Notes under the pieces: model-generated
What the model was told of the DNA's origin: nothing
Databases searched by the model: none
Seen by the model: the letters and a program-made list of their open reading frames with translations, nothing else
Assembly (NCBI GenBank): GCA_964654485.1
Contig: CAZZJI010000007.1
Coordinates: forward strand, 3,276-67,275
Direction: 5' to 3'
DNA length: 64,000 nucleotides
From: an uncultured Gammaproteobacteria bacterium
GTDB taxonomy: Bacteria; Pseudomonadota; Gammaproteobacteria; SG8-11
Shown here: in pieces, positions 22,232-33,958 of the stretch
How positions within the stretch are numbered: position 1 is the first letter of the stretch
Layout of the letters: each line of letters opens with the position of its first letter
Program-made: the position numbers and the translations under genes

Positions 22232-23659
22232 TTAAAAAAGACTAGAGTTGATCCACAGGTGCGTTAATATGCTAAGCGTGTAGCCAATCGCTACCGCTGG
22301 TGTCCATTTTAGATGACTGAAAAATGTATATTGTCCTTTAGCTTGCCCCATTAAAGCGACCCCGGCTGCCGAGCCAATGGATAATAAGCTGCCGCCGACG
22401 CCTGCCGTGAGCGTGACAAGTAACCATTGTCCTAACGGCATTTCGGGATTCATACTGAGCACGGCGAACATCACAGGAATGTTATCCACAATAGCAGAGA
22501 GCAGGCCAACCAATACATTTGCTGTTGTTGCACCCATTTGTACGTACATCAGCTCTGACGTTAGCGCCAGATAACCAATAAATCCGAGGCCACCTACAGA
22601 CAATACAACGCCGTAAAAAAACATTAGTGTATCCCATTCAGCGCGGGCAATGTTTTTAAACACATCAAAAGCTTCGATGTCTCCAATTTCTTCTTGCGCC
22701 TTGGTGCTATCTGAATTATTAATTTGAGAAACTCTATGACTGGTTTTTTTCAAATAAAAACCAAAAAACTTCAGGTAGGCCAGACCTGTCATCATGCCGA
22801 GCATAGGTGGCAAATGCAAAAAGTTGTGAAAACTGACGGCTGTCGCGATGGTTAGCAGGAATAATACAATAATTCGTTTGGCGCCACGTTTCATTGAGAT
22901 ATTCTCATTGACTGCGTTTGGTCTTTCTTTGGGTAGTGCGAAATGCATGATAGCGGCGGGTACAACAAAATTGACCACTGACGGAATAAATAATAAGAAA
23001 AAAGCATTGAATTCAACGATACCTTTTTGCCAAACCATTAATGTAGTGATATCACCGAAAGGACTGAAAGCGCCTCCGGCGTTCGCAGCAACAACGATAT
23101 TGACACAGGCTATACCGACAAAACGTTTGTTTCCCACACCGACAGCCAGAATAACAGCGCACATAAGCAGTGCGGTAGTCAAATTATCTGCGATAGGCGA
23201 AATGCTGAATGCAAGAATACCCGTCATCCAGAATAATTGACGGTAACTGAAGCCTTTTTGAATCAGCCAGGCGCGCAACGCATCAAATACGCGCCGTTCT
23301 TCCATTGCATTGATGTAAGTCATCGCAACCAGTAGGAAAAGCATGAGTTCTGAAAATTCAAGTATGTTGTGTCGCACTGCGTCCGCAGCAACGTCAGTAA
23401 AGCCCTGATTGACATATACGTATGCAATCATTACCCATATGATGCTGGCGGCCAGTACAACTGGTTTGGACTTACGAAGATGGGTAAACTCTTCGGCCAT
23501 GACAAATACATAGGCCAATGCAAAAACCGCCAGCGCGGCGTATCCGACAATATGGTTGGTGAGATCTATATGCTCCCCCGTCGTTGTGGAGGCGTAGAGA
23601 GAGGGCGATATAAAAAGAAGCAAGAGGGAGAGTGATGTTGAAATAATTGATTTAAACAA
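22232..23659 (-). CDS. nhaD: Na+/H+ antiporter, NhaD/ArsB-type permease family
   Basis: 475 aa, polytopic (about 12 TM), NhaD-like size and composition. Confidence 0.6.
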   Translation of the reverse strand: MFKSIISTSLSLLLLFISPSLYASTTTGEHIDLTNHIVGYAALAVFALAYVFVMAEEFTHLRKSKPVVLAASIIWVMIAYVYVNQGFTDVAADAVRHNILEFSELMLFLLVAMTYINAMEERRVFDALRAWLIQKGFSYRQLFWMTGILAFSISPIADNLTTALLMCAVILAVGVGNKRFVGIACVNIVVAANAGGAFSPFGDITTLMVWQKGIVEFNAFFLLFIPSVVNFVVPAAIMHFALPKERPNAVNENISMKRGAKRIIVLFLLTIATAVSFHNFLHLPPMLGMMTGLAYLKFFGFYLKKTSHRVSQINNSDSTKAQEEIGDIEAFDVFKNIARAEWDTLMFFYGVVLSVGGLGFIGYLALTSELMYVQMGATTANVLVGLLSAIVDNIPVMFAVLSMNPEMPLGQWLLVTLTAGVGGSLLSIGSAAGVALMGQAKGQYTFFSHLKWTPAVAIGYTLSILTHLWINSSLF

Positions 23660-23922
23660 TCGTCGCTCCTTTTACATACACGGCGTACTGCACGGCGTAC
23701 TGAGAGTTATGTCGATACATACTCGAATGTATTTTAATAGATTGTGACAATAAGCATATGTTTTATAAACTAATTTAGTTTTATCATTGCGCGGTTATTT
23801 TTACATTACTACATTATATTATTATATAGTAATATATACTGTAGCCATTTATTTTTCAAGCCGCTATTCAACGCGGGGAAACCGTTATTTCAAATGGCTA
23901 TTTCACAAATAGACGACTCAAA

Positions 23923-24402
23923 ATGACCAAAAAGCTTTTGCTTCAATTGTGGTTTGATAAATATTTTTGGTTCGCATTAGCTGCAGCAATATTGTACTGG
24001 GGGGTACTTTTATCACTTAATGTGTGGCTTGGTTCTATTGGGAATTTGCAATTAAACTGGTTTTTTTATCAACCATTATTATTTCTCCTGGTTGGCTTTA
24101 TTTACCCGATATTGGAAGAACTCGTATTTAGAGGATTGATACAGGGAATGATTGCCCGTTATCTTATCAACAATTATCCTACCGGCAATCGTCGATTTGG
24201 AATTATTTCCGTTGCAAACATTGTTACGAGTATTTTATTTGTTTTTTTTCATTTAATATCACATTCGTATTTGTGGGCGATATCTGTTTTTATTCCTTCA
24301 ATAATCTTTGGTTTTTTTCGTGAAAAATACGACTCAGTCGCACCGGCTATTTTATTGCACGTTTATTATAATTTGGGTTACTTTTTGTTATTTCCACCCT
24401 AG
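23923..24402 (+). CDS. CPBP-family intramembrane metalloprotease (CAAX protease-like)
   Basis: Motifs EELVFRGL, FFHLISH and HVYYN correspond to CPBP motifs 1-3. 159 aa with multiple TM helices. Confidence 0.65.
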   Translation: MTKKLLLQLWFDKYFWFALAAAILYWGVLLSLNVWLGSIGNLQLNWFFYQPLLFLLVGFIYPILEELVFRGLIQGMIARYLINNYPTGNRRFGIISVANIVTSILFVFFHLISHSYLWAISVFIPSIIFGFFREKYDSVAPAILLHVYYNLGYFLLFPP

Positions 24403-24438
24403 TACATCGTCAATATAGCCTTGACGATGTACTAGTAC
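24397..24438. repeat. Perfect inverted-repeat element copy A (CTAGTACATCGTCAA-N7-TTGACGATGTACTAG)
   Basis: 14-15 bp arms with a 7-nt loop. Overlaps the TAG stop of the CPBP gene and lies between convergent genes. Confidence 0.85.
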
Positions 24439-24440
24439 TA

Positions 24441-25784
24441 CTATTTATCCGGCTGATTTCGCCCGATAGCGTAATAAGTAAAACCTTCTTGTATCAAAAA
24501 CTGTGGGTCGTAAAGATTACGCCCATCAAAAATGACAGCTTGTTTAAGCATGCTTTTCATTTCTTTGAAATTAGGACTCCTGAACTGGTTCCATTCAGTG
24601 ACGACAATAAGCGCATCTGTGTTGTCCAATGCGGCTTCCGGTGAGTCGCAGAGTACTAATTTTTTGTCGCGGCAGTTATCGCCATAGATGCGTTGTGCTT
24701 CTTTCATCGCCTCTGGATCATAGGCTTTCACTGTCGCACCTTGAGCCCATAGCGCTTCCATCAGCGTTCGGCTCGGCGCCGCCCGCATATCATCGGTATT
24801 CGGTTTAAAAGCCAGTCCCCACAATGCAAATTTACGGCCTTGTAAATCACCTTTGAAGTGTCGATTGATTTTATTAAACAGGACATCTTTTTGGCGATTA
24901 TTGACGGATTCCACCGCTTTTAATAATGCTGCATCATAGCCAATTTGCGTTGCCGTTCGTTCCAATGCTTGCACATCTTTGGGGAAACACGAACCACCAT
25001 AACCGCAACCTGGGTAGATAAATTTATATCCAATCCGAGGGTCAGAACCAATCCCAATACGCACATTTTCGATGTCGGCACCGAGCATTTCCGCCATATT
25101 GGCTAATTCGTTCATAAAACTGATTTTAGTCGCCAGAAGGGCATTCGCTGCGTATTTGGTCAGCTCTGCTGAACGTATATCCATAACAAGGACACGATCT
25201 CGATTTCGATTAAACGGTGTATAGAGTGCGCGCAACAATTCCGCCGTGCGTGGGTTATCGGTGCCAACCACCACACGATCAGGTTTCATGAAATCATCGA
25301 GAGCTGCGCCTTCTTTAAGAAATTCCGGGTTGGATACGACATCAAATTCAATGTTTTGACCTCTGCTTGCAAGGACAGCATTCACCGTATCCTTGACTTT
25401 ATCTGCTGTTCCGACCGGTACCGTCGATTTGTTTACAATAATTCGGTAGTCATTCATGTTTTCACCGATACTGCGCGCGACGGCCAGCACATATTGCAAG
25501 TCAGCTGATCCATCCTCATCCGGTGGGGTCCCCACTGCGACAAATTGGAAAAGACCGTGGTTCACGCCTTTTTCTGTATCAGTACTGAAATTAAGTCGAT
25601 TGGCTGCTACATTCTTTTTCACCAGATCTTCAAGGCCTGGCTCATAGATGGGTAATAAGCCTTTGTTAAGATTGTCGATTTTTTGCTTATCTATATCGAT
25701 GCAAAGGACGTCATTGCCGACTTCTGCCAGGCACGTGCCTGTGACCAGCCCGACGTAACCCGAACCATAAATTGTTATTTTCAT
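24441..25784 (-). CDS. ugd: UDP-glucose 6-dehydrogenase
   Basis: N-terminal [33 protein letters not shown]-binding fold. Catalytic Cys region GGSCFPKD. 447 aa. Confidence 0.9.
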   Translation of the reverse strand: MKITIYGSGYVGLVTGTCLAEVGNDVLCIDIDKQKIDNLNKGLLPIYEPGLEDLVKKNVAANRLNFSTDTEKGVNHGLFQFVAVGTPPDEDGSADLQYVLAVARSIGENMNDYRIIVNKSTVPVGTADKVKDTVNAVLASRGQNIEFDVVSNPEFLKEGAALDDFMKPDRVVVGTDNPRTAELLRALYTPFNRNRDRVLVMDIRSAELTKYAANALLATKISFMNELANMAEMLGADIENVRIGIGSDPRIGYKFIYPGCGYGGSCFPKDVQALERTATQIGYDAALLKAVESVNNRQKDVLFNKINRHFKGDLQGRKFALWGLAFKPNTDDMRAAPSRTLMEALWAQGATVKAYDPEAMKEAQRIYGDNCRDKKLVLCDSPEAALDNTDALIVVTEWNQFRSPNFKEMKSMLKQAVIFDGRNLYDPQFLIQEGFTYYAIGRNQPDK

Positions 25785-25882
25785 CTGTTTGTATGCTCGC
25801 TCAGCTTCTTGGTTTATAATGTCGGCGGTTATTATAGCATAGCGCAGATTTTAGTATTTTATTAATCACTTTTGGAGACAAT

Positions 25883-26857
25883 ATGCATGTATTAGTCTGT
25901 GGTGGTGCAGGATATATCGGTTCACATATGTCGAAACTTCTGGCTGAACAGGGGTATCAGGTGACTGTATTTGATAATTTGTCTACCGGTCATCGGCAAG
26001 CGGTGAAATGGGGGAGCCTGGTCGAGGGTGACTTGCTTGATCCGCAAGCATTGGCTTCGCTGTTCAAATCAAATAAATTCGATGCAGTTATGCATTTTTC
26101 GGCCAAATCGCTGGTCGGGGAGTCGGTACAAAAACCTGATCTCTATTATTTTAATAATGTCGTTGGCAGCTTGAACCTGCTGGATCATATGCGTTTATAC
26201 GGGGTTAATAAATTTGTTTTTTCATCCTCTGCGGCCACATTTGGTCATCCGCAAGTAGCGCTGATCGATGAAAATCACGTGCAAAAACCGATAAATCCTT
26301 ACGGTAAAACCAAATTAGCGGTCGAGTATATGCTTGGCGATTACGCACAAGCCTATGAAATTAGATCGGTTAGTTTGCGCTATTTTAACGCGGCTGGTGC
26401 CGATCCTTCAGGGCAAATAGGCGAGTCTCACGATCCGGAAACCCATCTTATTCCCAACGTGATGAAAGCGGTATTGGGTGAGGGTGCAGGCTTGAAAATT
26501 TTCGGGAATGACTACGAAACACTTGACGGTACGTGTATACGAGATTATATACATGTGAATGATTTGTGTCAGGCACACTTACTTGCGCTACATTATATGG
26601 ATAAAAACAGTGGCGCACATGCGTACAATTTGGGCAATGGGAAGGGGTTTAGCGTACTGGAAGTGATAAACGCAGCCAGTGAAGTGGTTGGTAAAAAAGT
26701 CAAGTATGAAATGGTTGGGCGACGAGTTGGAGATCCGCCGGTGCTTGTGGCGAATAGCAGCAAAATACAAGCGCAATTAAACTGGGTACCGGAATATACG
26801 GAAATCAGTAAAATAATTAGTACTGCCTGGAATTGGCATCAGCACGCGGTTTTTTAA
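25883..26857 (+). CDS. galE: UDP-glucose 4-epimerase
   Basis: MHVLVCGGAGYIGSH Rossmann motif, YxxxK (YGKTK) active-site region. 324 aa. Confidence 0.85.
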   Translation: MHVLVCGGAGYIGSHMSKLLAEQGYQVTVFDNLSTGHRQAVKWGSLVEGDLLDPQALASLFKSNKFDAVMHFSAKSLVGESVQKPDLYYFNNVVGSLNLLDHMRLYGVNKFVFSSSAATFGHPQVALIDENHVQKPINPYGKTKLAVEYMLGDYAQAYEIRSVSLRYFNAAGADPSGQIGESHDPETHLIPNVMKAVLGEGAGLKIFGNDYETLDGTCIRDYIHVNDLCQAHLLALHYMDKNSGAHAYNLGNGKGFSVLEVINAASEVVGKKVKYEMVGRRVGDPPVLVANSSKIQAQLNWVPEYTEISKIISTAWNWHQHAVF

Positions 26858-26892
26858 AATTGATATAAGAAAACAGGTGTTTTTAGCAAGAA

Positions 26893-26928
26893 CTAGTACA
26901 CCGTCAAATACCCTTGACGGTGTACTAG
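26893..26928. repeat. Inverted-repeat element copy B (CTAGTACACCGTCAA-N6-TTGACGGTGTACTAG)
   Basis: Perfect 15-bp arms, 35 bp after the galE stop. Confidence 0.85.
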
Positions 26929-27136
26929 AATAAGAATCAATCGGGACGGCGCATTTCAGGTACCTTGATTAAAAAGCGTACCAGTATTAGGTTCATAGCA
27001 TCTTAGAACAAGTGGTATACAATAATATAATGTTGTTTCTAGAACCAAAATTTACTGGCCAGGTAAGGCGGGGAAAACAGCACAGGTAGCGTAGGAAAGT
27101 AGCATGAAAATGTGCTAGGGAGACGGTTAGTCAAGC

Positions 27137-28558
27137 ATGAATAAAGGTCATCGAATTACACGCGATAAACCTGGGTCCATAGCAAATTTTGTTATGGTTC
27201 TTCTTGGTCCGCTGATTGTCACATTAACGTTAATTGTTGTTACCCATGCCTATGATGTTCGCTATGATGGCGCTTATGTGTCTTTGGCGGTAGTTACATT
27301 TCTGATTTCTTTTATTGTCTTTAAAGAAATTAATCTACATATCTCCTGGCGCACTGGTGGTGTAAGCGCACAAACCAGAGAAATAGTTTTTGCTTGGTTA
27401 GTGTTTGTGAGTATTTTGCTTTTTCTTGGTTATGCCACAAAGTCATCTGAAGTGTTTTCGCGCCGGATTATTTTGACCTGGATAGTGGCGACTCCTTTTA
27501 TAATGTTATTTGTCTATGCCATCGCAAAAATAGTGTTAACGAAAATAATCAAATCTGAAAAATTTTCGAGATCAGTAGTTGTAGTGGGGGTAAACGACTT
27601 GAGTAAAAGCCTGGTTACTGAAATTGCATCGGATCCTCAGCTTAATATGAACTTTAAAGGTTATTTTGACGATAGAAATAATGAAAGATTGGGAAAAATA
27701 GACAATGGTGATGTGCTAGGTAAATTTAGTGGGCTTTCTCAGTATATAAATAAACATAAAATTGATTTGATTTATTTTGCACTACCGATGGTGCAGGAAA
27801 AAAGAATATTAAATTTGCATGATGATGTTCGCGATACCACTGCTTCAATTTATTTTGTACCTGACCTCTTCATATTTGATTTGATACAAGCACGGGTCGA
27901 TGATGTTAATGGTATTCCCGTATTGGCTGTTTGCGAATCCCCGTTTGCAGGTGTAACAGGATTATTGAAGCGCTTAAGCGATATACTGTTTGCGAGCGTT
28001 CTGATATTGCTTGTTTCTCCAATAATGCTGTTGATTGCGATAAGTATAAAAATACTAATGCCTGGTCCCGTGTTATTTAAACAAAAAAGGTATGGTTTGG
28101 ATGGTGAAGAAATTAAAGTTTATAAATTTCGTACCATGAAGCAATGTGATGACTCAACTGATAACAAAGAAGAAAAAGTGGTTCAGGCAACAAGAAATGA
28201 TCCGCGGGTGACTGAGTTAGGTTCCTTTTTAAGGAAAACATCACTTGATGAATTGCCGCAATTTTTTAACGTATTACAGGGCAGAATGAGTGTCGTGGGT
28301 CCACGACCACATGCCGTCGCACACAATGAAGAATATCGAAAATTGATTAAAGGTTATATGATGCGCCATAAGGTTAAGCCGGGTATTACAGGATGGGCGC
28401 AGGTAAACGGCTTGCGTGGAGAAACAGACACAATTGAAAAAATGGAGTCACGCGTGCGTTATGATCTGGATTATTTACGTCATTGGTCACTGGGATTAGA
28501 CGCAATGATCATTATAAGAACAGTGTTGATGATGTTTCGTGACAAGAATGCGTACTAG
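27137..28558 (+). CDS. Undecaprenyl-phosphate glucose/sugar phosphotransferase (exopolysaccharide priming glycosyltransferase, WcaJ/EpsB-like)
   Basis: N-terminal TM helices. C-terminal bacterial sugar transferase domain (…LDELPQFFNVLQGRMSVVGPRP…). 473 aa. Confidence 0.85.
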   Translation: MNKGHRITRDKPGSIANFVMVLLGPLIVTLTLIVVTHAYDVRYDGAYVSLAVVTFLISFIVFKEINLHISWRTGGVSAQTREIVFAWLVFVSILLFLGYATKSSEVFSRRIILTWIVATPFIMLFVYAIAKIVLTKIIKSEKFSRSVVVVGVNDLSKSLVTEIASDPQLNMNFKGYFDDRNNERLGKIDNGDVLGKFSGLSQYINKHKIDLIYFALPMVQEKRILNLHDDVRDTTASIYFVPDLFIFDLIQARVDDVNGIPVLAVCESPFAGVTGLLKRLSDILFASVLILLVSPIMLLIAISIKILMPGPVLFKQKRYGLDGEEIKVYKFRTMKQCDDSTDNKEEKVVQATRNDPRVTELGSFLRKTSLDELPQFFNVLQGRMSVVGPRPHAVAHNEEYRKLIKGYMMRHKVKPGITGWAQVNGLRGETDTIEKMESRVRYDLDYLRHWSLGLDAMIIIRTVLMMFRDKNAY

Positions 28559-28591
28559 TACACCGTCAAAATAGCCTTGACGGTGTACTAG
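28553..28591. repeat. Inverted-repeat element copy C (CTAGTACACCGTCAA-N7-TTGACGGTGTACTAG)
   Basis: Perfect 15-bp arms. The left arm contains the TAG stop of the sugar transferase gene. Followed by CCTTTT. Confidence 0.85.
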
Positions 28592-28633
28592 CCTTTTGTC
28601 AGGTTTGTGGGGCAGGGGGAAAATGCAGTAGGA

Positions 28634-30265
28634 TTATATTTTGCATTTATAGGTCAGTTCTACCGTTCCGTCTTCGTAGACGGTTTCCAGTCTGACAGTA
28701 AACCCCCATAAACGTGCGATATGTTTGGTTACTTCTGCGACTGTTTCTGCCAATGGTCGGCGGTTATATTGGTAGTGCCTTAGAGTCAGTGAACGATCGC
28801 CTTTCATATTGACATCATAAACCTGAATATCGGGTTCGTTTTGTCCAAGATTATATTGTTCCGACAAGGTTTTTTTGATGTGATGGTAGCCTTCGTCGTT
28901 GTGAATAGATGATATTTCAAGTTCAGGTTTGGTATCATCATCCAGTAATGAAAAAAGTTTAAAGTCTCGTATGATTTTGGGAGATAAATATTGTGAAATA
29001 AAACTTTCGTCTTTAAAGTTTCTCATGGCAAAATCAAGTGATTCTACCCAGTCAGTATTTGCCAGATCGGGGAAATAATTCTTGTCCTCTTCGGTAGGAT
29101 TTTCACATATACGCCTTATGTCCTTCATCATGGAAAAACCAAGCGCATAGACATTTATGCCACTGTAGAAGCGACTGTCAAATGAAGGTTGGCTCACCAC
29201 ATTTGTGTGTGATTGCAAAAATTCAATCATAAAGCCGTCAGAAAGAAATCCTTCGTCGTATAGTTGATTGAGCAATGTGTAATGCCAGAATGTTGCCCAG
29301 CCCTCATTCATAACTTGGGTTTGTCTTTGTGGATAAAAATATTGGGCAATTTTACGCACTATACGAACGAGTTCTCTTTGCCATGGTTCAAGTAAGGGCG
29401 CATTTTTTTCTATAAAGTACAAAATATTTTCTTGAGGTTCATCTGGGAAGCGTAAATCAGTTGGTTCAGCATCGTCTGATTCTTTAGTCGGTATTGTGCG
29501 CCATAATTCATTTATCTGAGATTGCAGGTACTCCTCCCGTTCTTTTTGACGGAGCATTTCTTTTTGTATCGATAGATTAGGTGGTCGTTTGTAACGATCT
29601 ACACCGTAATTCATTAAGGCGTGGCAGGAATCCAGAATTTCCTCAACTTGTTTTTCACCATAACGTTCTTCACATTTGGCCACGTAGTTCTTCGCGAATA
29701 GAAAATAATCAATAATGGCGTCGGCATTTGTCCAGGTTTTGAATAAGTAATTATTTTTAAAAAAAGAATTATGACCATAAGCAGCATGTGCGATAACCAA
29801 TGCCTGCATCATCATGGTGTTTTCTTCCATGAGGTAGGTAATGCATGGGTCAGAGTTAATCACAATTTCGTAAGCCAGCCCCATTTGACCACGTCGGTAG
29901 CGTTGCTCGGTCGCGAGAAATTGTTTTCCGAACGACCAATGAGAATAGCCTAATGGCATACCCACAGATGCATAGGCATCCATCATTTGTTCTGCAGAAA
30001 TTATTTCAATTTGAATTGGATAAGTGTCTAACTTGAATTGAGAAGCAACGCGCTCAATTTCTTTATTGTATCTATCTATTAATTCGAAAGACCACTCTGA
30101 CGTATTAGAAATTATTTTCCCTCTCTTTTTAACAGCTGTCTTTTTGGAGGTTTGTTTGGTTACTTTGCCAGATGCCTTTTTCAATACATTGTTGGATTGT
30201 TGGCCCGCCCTTTTTTTAGACGGATTGACGGTTTTCCTGTTATCTGTATCAGTTTTAGAATTCAT
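28634..30265 (-). CDS. ycgB: SpoVR/YcgB-family protein with Lys-rich N-terminal extension
   Basis: SpoVR-like body (...[17 protein letters not shown]...HWSFGKQF...). Last gene of the prkA-yeaH-ycgB triad. Start overlaps the yeaH stop by 4 nt. Confidence 0.8.
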   Translation of the reverse strand: MNSKTDTDNRKTVNPSKKRAGQQSNNVLKKASGKVTKQTSKKTAVKKRGKIISNTSEWSFELIDRYNKEIERVASQFKLDTYPIQIEIISAEQMMDAYASVGMPLGYSHWSFGKQFLATEQRYRRGQMGLAYEIVINSDPCITYLMEENTMMMQALVIAHAAYGHNSFFKNNYLFKTWTNADAIIDYFLFAKNYVAKCEERYGEKQVEEILDSCHALMNYGVDRYKRPPNLSIQKEMLRQKEREEYLQSQINELWRTIPTKESDDAEPTDLRFPDEPQENILYFIEKNAPLLEPWQRELVRIVRKIAQYFYPQRQTQVMNEGWATFWHYTLLNQLYDEGFLSDGFMIEFLQSHTNVVSQPSFDSRFYSGINVYALGFSMMKDIRRICENPTEEDKNYFPDLANTDWVESLDFAMRNFKDESFISQYLSPKIIRDFKLFSLLDDDTKPELEISSIHNDEGYHHIKKTLSEQYNLGQNEPDIQVYDVNMKGDRSLTLRHYQYNRRPLAETVAEVTKHIARLWGFTVRLETVYEDGTVELTYKCKI

Positions 30266-31521
30266 GACGGTTGTTTTTTAAAAAGCTCTCTAAATACGGG
30301 ATAAATTTCAGAAATATTTTCAATACGCTGCATCGCGAAATTTTCACATGCCATTTTCACATTTAGATATTCACGCCACAGGTTTTGTGGATTATCATTT
30401 GATATTTCTATATAAGAATAATATTGTACACACGGTAATATTGAATTCGCCAACAAATCTCGACAAATTGGTGAGTCATCGTTCCAGTTGTCACCATCAG
30501 AGGCCTGTGCGGCGTATATATTCCATTCATCTGTTGGAAAGCGATCTTTAATAATTTCATGCATTAATTTTAGTGCACTGGATACAACGGTACCGCCGGT
30601 TTCTCTGGAATAGAAAAAATTTTCTTCGTCAACTTCTTTGGCAATTGTATGGTGAGAAATAAATACAATTTCTATCTTTTCGTATGTGCGTGTTAAAAAT
30701 AAATAAAGCAAGATAAAAAATCGTTTTGCGATATCTTTTTTCATTTGGTCCATTGAACCCGATATATCCATCAAACAAAACATAACAGCGTGTGTTGATG
30801 GTCGTGGTAGTTTTATTCGGTTGTTATATCTTAGGTCAAACGGGTCGATAAAGGGAATCGCAGCTATTTTTTTCTTTAGCGATTCTATTTCTTTCTTCAA
30901 TTCAAAAACTTTAGGGCGGTATTCATCAGTGACTAGCAATAGTGCAGACAATGCCTGTTCTGCTTCTTTTAATTGTCTTTTGTATGGGTTCTGTAGGGCG
31001 ATGCGTCTGGACAGCGCGCCCCGCAAAGAGCGAACAATATTAATATTTGAAGGTATACCATCTGAGCTGTGTCCCGCGCGCACGCTCTTAAATTCTTTAA
31101 TGGTCGTCAGTTTGGTTTTCACCAAATTGGGGAGCGCGAGGTCTTCAAAAAAGAATTCCAAAAACTCTTCTTTAGAGAGTTGGAATACAAAATCATCCAG
31201 ACCTTCACCGCTGTTACTCGCTTTATTTCCTTTGCCACCACCTTGTGGCGGACGGGGGATTTTATCGCCGGTAGAAAATTCTTTATTTCCAGGTAAAATA
31301 TTATCTCGACGCCCCCCCGGTCCGTGACGAAAAGTGGGTTCGGAAATATCTTTGGCAGGAATGGTAACGGATTCACCTTTCTCAACATCTGTGATGCTGC
31401 GGCCCGCGATGGCATCTGTAACGGCCCTTTTAATATTGGATTTAAAGCGCTTTAGAAATTTACGGCGGTTTACCGCGCTTTTATTTTTGCCGTTAAGCCG
31501 TCTGTCGAGTATTTGTGCCAC
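30262..31521 (-). CDS. yeaH: YeaH/DUF444 (UPF0229) family protein
   Basis: 419 aa with Gly/Arg/Pro-rich N-terminal half and conserved C-terminal VWA-like region. Sits between PrkA kinase and SpoVR as in the conserved triad. Confidence 0.8.
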   Translation of the reverse strand: MAQILDRRLNGKNKSAVNRRKFLKRFKSNIKRAVTDAIAGRSITDVEKGESVTIPAKDISEPTFRHGPGGRRDNILPGNKEFSTGDKIPRPPQGGGKGNKASNSGEGLDDFVFQLSKEEFLEFFFEDLALPNLVKTKLTTIKEFKSVRAGHSSDGIPSNINIVRSLRGALSRRIALQNPYKRQLKEAEQALSALLLVTDEYRPKVFELKKEIESLKKKIAAIPFIDPFDLRYNNRIKLPRPSTHAVMFCLMDISGSMDQMKKDIAKRFFILLYLFLTRTYEKIEIVFISHHTIAKEVDEENFFYSRETGGTVVSSALKLMHEIIKDRFPTDEWNIYAAQASDGDNWNDDSPICRDLLANSILPCVQYYSYIEISNDNPQNLWREYLNVKMACENFAMQRIENISEIYPVFRELFKKQPS

Positions 31522-31531
31522 ATCATCGCCT

Positions 31532-33460
31532 TTAAGATGATTTTCTGACTCGTAAGTACCACTCGCAAAGCAATCGGACTTGTTTTTGTGTGTAGCCTTT
31601 TTCGGTCATGCGATCGACAAAATCTTCATGTTTCTTCTGTTCATCCCCCGAGCTTTTTGCATTAAACGAGATAACCGGGAGTAAGTCTTCGGTATTTGAA
31701 AACATTTTCTTTTCAATAACCGTGCGAAGTTTTTCGTAACTTGACCATTGTGGATTTTTACCGTCATTCTGCGCACGTGCGCGTAGTACAAAATTGACTA
31801 TTTCATTTCGAAAATCCTTGGGATTGCTTATGCCCGCCGGTTTTTCTATTTTTTCCAATTCGTCATTAAGGGCTGCCCGGCTAAATATTTCACCGGTATC
31901 AGTGTCACGATAATCTTCATCCTGAATCCAGTAATCTGCATAGGTAACATATCGATCAAAGATATTCTGACCATATTCTGAATACGATTCCAGATAGGCT
32001 TTCTGAATTTCTTTGCCAATAAATTCTATATACCGTGGTGTTATAAATCCTTTGATATAGGACAGGTAACGCTCTTCAATTTCTGCTGGAAATTGCTCGC
32101 GTTCAATTTGCTGTTCCAGTACATAAAGCAGATGCACTGGGTTGGCCGCAATTTCACTGTTATCGAAGTTAAATACTTTGGATAGAATTTTAAACGCAAA
32201 TCGGGTGGATAACCCCGTCATGCCTTCATCAACGCCAGCATAATCCCGGTATTCCTGGTAGGATTTTGCATTTGGATCTGTGTCTTTCAGGTTTTCGCCG
32301 TCATATACACGCATTTTCGAAAAGATATTGGAATTTTCTGGCTCTTTCAAACGTGAAAGTGCGGCAAACTGGGCCATCATTTTAAGCGTGCCGGGTGCAC
32401 ATGGCGCGTTGGCAAGAGAACTGTTTTCAAGCAATTTGTTATAAATATTTACTTCTTCCGAACAACGAAGGCAATAGGGCACCTTAACGATATAGATACG
32501 ATCAAGGAAGGCCTCATTATTTTTATTGTTCCTGAACGATATCCATTCTGATTCATTTGAATGTGCCAGGATTAGTCCCTCGAAAGGAATCGCTGCCAAA
32601 CCTTCAGTGCCTTTGTAATTATTTTCCTGTGTTGCCGTCAGCAGCGGGTGAAGTACTTTAATGGGCGCCTTGAACATTTCAACAAATTCGAGCATGCCAC
32701 GGTTTGCCTGGCATAGACCACCGGAGAAACTGTATGCATCTGGATCATCCTGGGAAAAGTTTTCCAGCATGCGAATATCGACTTTACCGACAAGTGAGGA
32801 AATATCCTGATTGTTTTCATCACCTGGTTCCGTTTTCGAAATACCTATTTGTTCCAATACAGAAGGCCGTATTTTTACAACTTTAAATTTAGTGATATCA
32901 CCATTAAATTCGTGTAAGCGTTTTACCGCCCATGGCGACATGATGGTGTTGATGTAGCGTTTGGGTATACCGAAATCTTCTTCCAGAATCTGGGCATCTT
33001 CTTCAGGAGAGAAGAGTCCGAGTGGTGATTCGTTGATAGGAGAGCCTTTAATGGCATAAAAGGGCATTTTTTCCAGTAAAGACTTAAGTTTCTCCGCCAA
33101 TGATGATTTACCACCACCAACCGGGCCGAGTAAATACAATATCTGTTTTCTTTCTTCCAGCCCCTGGGCCGCATGTCTGAAAAAAGAAACGATTTGCTCG
33201 ATGACCTCTTCCATGCCATAGAAGTCTTTAAACGCTGGATAGATTTTTATGACTTTATTTGAAAAGAGTCTGCTTAGCCGCGGGTCGGTTTTCGTATCGA
33301 TCAGTTCAGGCGTGCCGATTGCCTCTAGCATGCGCTCTGCAGCAGTGGCATAGGCGATCGGATCTTTTTTGCATATATTCAAATATTCCTGGAGGCTAAG
33401 CTCCTCTTCCTTCGACTCTTCGTAGCGGGATGTAAAATGAGTAAATATAGACATGGTCAT
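31532..33460 (-). CDS. yeaG: PrkA-family serine protein kinase (YeaG)
   Basis: 642 aa. Walker [18 protein letters not shown]. PrkA AAA+ and C-terminal domains. Confidence 0.85.
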   Translation of the reverse strand: MTMSIFTHFTSRYEESKEEELSLQEYLNICKKDPIAYATAAERMLEAIGTPELIDTKTDPRLSRLFSNKVIKIYPAFKDFYGMEEVIEQIVSFFRHAAQGLEERKQILYLLGPVGGGKSSLAEKLKSLLEKMPFYAIKGSPINESPLGLFSPEEDAQILEEDFGIPKRYINTIMSPWAVKRLHEFNGDITKFKVVKIRPSVLEQIGISKTEPGDENNQDISSLVGKVDIRMLENFSQDDPDAYSFSGGLCQANRGMLEFVEMFKAPIKVLHPLLTATQENNYKGTEGLAAIPFEGLILAHSNESEWISFRNNKNNEAFLDRIYIVKVPYCLRCSEEVNIYNKLLENSSLANAPCAPGTLKMMAQFAALSRLKEPENSNIFSKMRVYDGENLKDTDPNAKSYQEYRDYAGVDEGMTGLSTRFAFKILSKVFNFDNSEIAANPVHLLYVLEQQIEREQFPAEIEERYLSYIKGFITPRYIEFIGKEIQKAYLESYSEYGQNIFDRYVTYADYWIQDEDYRDTDTGEIFSRAALNDELEKIEKPAGISNPKDFRNEIVNFVLRARAQNDGKNPQWSSYEKLRTVIEKKMFSNTEDLLPVISFNAKSSGDEQKKHEDFVDRMTEKGYTQKQVRLLCEWYLRVRKSS

Positions 33461-33924
33461 CGCCTCTTCGTCGTGGATAGTTCATTAAATATGAGTGAAC
33501 TATGAATTAGTGAATTATCCTTACTTCTTATATCGGCCTTATTCACTGTTTCTTTGCAGCACTTGATTACTTAGGTTTTAATCACTGTTTAGCCTCTTTT
33601 GAAACAAGACTCTGCAAAAAATGAGCCAACTAAACAAAATATATAACTGCGTAAGTAAAGTGCGTCTCCGTTGATAATAAAACCTTGAATTATTGATTAA
33701 TTAACGTTTTTGCAAAAATGGCCTCCGTCATCATGCGGATAACTGGATCGTTCCTATTTGACAAATTATCCTAAAAAATAAACACTTGTGTCATTAACAT
33801 GACAGATAACTCTATCGTTAGTTATACCCTTTCTTCTAAGTTACGACTAGGAAACAGGTCAATAGTTTGAATTTATTTTTAGTTTGTTTGAGTTGCTTTA
33901 TATAGAATTAAGTCGAGTCTGACC

Positions 33925-33958
33925 TCGTACACCGTCAAGGCTTTTTGACGGTGTACTA
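33925..33958. repeat. Inverted-repeat element copy D (GTACACCGTCAA-N6-TTGACGGTGTAC, shorter arms)
   Basis: 12-13 bp arms in the 0.9-kb ORF-free region upstream of prkA. Confidence 0.8.

Noticed and set aside
30821-31540. Several plus-strand ORFs antisense to yeaH
   Set aside because: They overlap a strongly supported DUF444 gene and have low-complexity Ser/Arg composition; no independent support.
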